The notes under the pieces: generated by a model
Seen by the model: only the letters and a program-made list of their open reading frames with translations
Database searches by the model: none
What the model was told of the DNA's origin: nothing
Shown here: positions 62,874 through 64,000 of the stretch, one piece after another
Layout of the letters: the number at the start of each line of letters is the position of its first letter
Numbering within the stretch: the stretch's first letter is position 1
Source: Octopus sinensis
Taxonomy: Eukaryota
DNA: 64,000 nt
Assembly (NCBI RefSeq): GCF_006345805.1
Contig: NC_043005.1
Coordinates: 70,122,001-70,186,000, forward strand
Direction: 5' to 3'
Position numbers and translations under genes: made by a program

Positions 62874-64000
62874 CTAATATATAAAATATATATCGGTGGC
62901 GTGCAGTTGAGACAAACTAGTTATGCACTGCATGTCCGTTGATTCTATATAACTCAAAAATCATTTTAAGAACGTAATGTATTCATAACTACATTGGAAA
63001 GGTGTCCAAATCTTTGGAAGCAGCAAAAGTAGTTACTTTGTTTCAAAGGAAATCCGTCTAGATTGATGATTTACTTGTTTCTATTTTACTTCCACTACGC
63101 ATGCTTAAAGAAAAACGCATATGAAATCTCCTGCCCTTCCACTTCCTATCATTTCCATGCCTGTAAGATTCTTTTCCATCTCGATAAAATAACTACGGAA
63201 AGCATGCTTTCAGAAAAACGTATGTTTTGGATTCTTCTCCTTTTCTATCAGTTCTTCTTTGTCAAAAATTCTTTGTAATTGATGTCCCTAACGCGACAGG
63301 CTAAATGACTGAATTGGTCTGACTTTTAGACCTTAAAAAATTCTGACCAAAACATATCAACAATCCCATAATTTTTAATTAGTCAACTCAAATTTTGCCG
63401 TGACTTTGGAATATCTATTTCGATCTGACGTAATTTTTGAAATTGCTATCATTAACCATCCTAACTGAATTAAACAAAAATATTCTGGCATAAAAAAAAT
63501 ATAATATAGCTAATTAATCTTTCGTTCATTTACTAAAATTATCTTTCCGTTTTATTGAAACTTATTTACAGTTCATGATCGCAGTAAAATGTAACTAAAG
63601 TGTTCATTTTCTTTCTTTTTTTTTCTTACAACTGAAAGTATTATTTTCTACAAAATGAAACTTGAACGTTACAAAAAATATTGGGGCAGAAATAAGTCAC
63701 AGTATTCGACATTTTACTGAGGGAAAGTCTCTGAAAAAATCTTTGAAGAGAGTTGAGTAGATTAATCACATACTTCTTTCACTATTTTATCGCAGTTTTG
63801 TTTGCCGAACAAATTCCTGTGAGCTTTGGCTGTTATTTCTAGCATGTGATTGCCTGCTTGAAAGACGTAGAATCGCGAAGGGAGGGGTTGGGGTATTTTT
63901 TTTTATTTTTATGAAAAAGTGAAATCTTACAAACTTTCTTTTTCTTTTTTGCAGTATCATAATCTAATCTCCATAGCCGAAAACGTAGGTTTCCGTATTT

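Overview
AT-rich, repeat-saturated eukaryotic genomic DNA, intronic or intergenic. The repeat families (three tRNA-derived SINE families, a PLE-tailed SINE, dense TA/CA/AAT/GATA microsatellites) point to a coleoid cephalopod, most likely Octopus; this is inferred from recognising the repeats, not from a database search. No complete host protein-coding gene, rRNA, true tRNA or CRISPR array is evident. Most ORFs in the supplied track are translations of microsatellites or TE antisense strands. Supported content: (1) a near-intact 1281-bp DD34D mariner (36332-37612), a decayed nested mariner (about 505-1899), a DD37D maT-type element (46275-47476) and a Tc1-like N-terminal fragment; (2) two R4/Dong-clade non-LTR fragments beside trinucleotide tracts, a Penelope GIY-YIG C-terminal remnant and probable CR1/L2 remnants; (3) two non-autonomous Helitron-like elements and a palindromic MITE; (4) about 25 SINE copies from three families, here called A (CORE-like), B (modular, concatemeric) and C; (5) three copies of a tRNA-headed element whose 3' part carries a Penelope-type minimal hammerhead ribozyme; (6) a very homogeneous, hairpin-rich 484-bp tandem array. 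The most interesting signals are the tRNA-head/hammerhead SINE, the structured 484-bp array, the concatemeric SINE B with a fixed junction, and a mariner whose only ORF breaks are single-base losses in homopolymers. One small candidate exon (55192-55258) is weakly supported.
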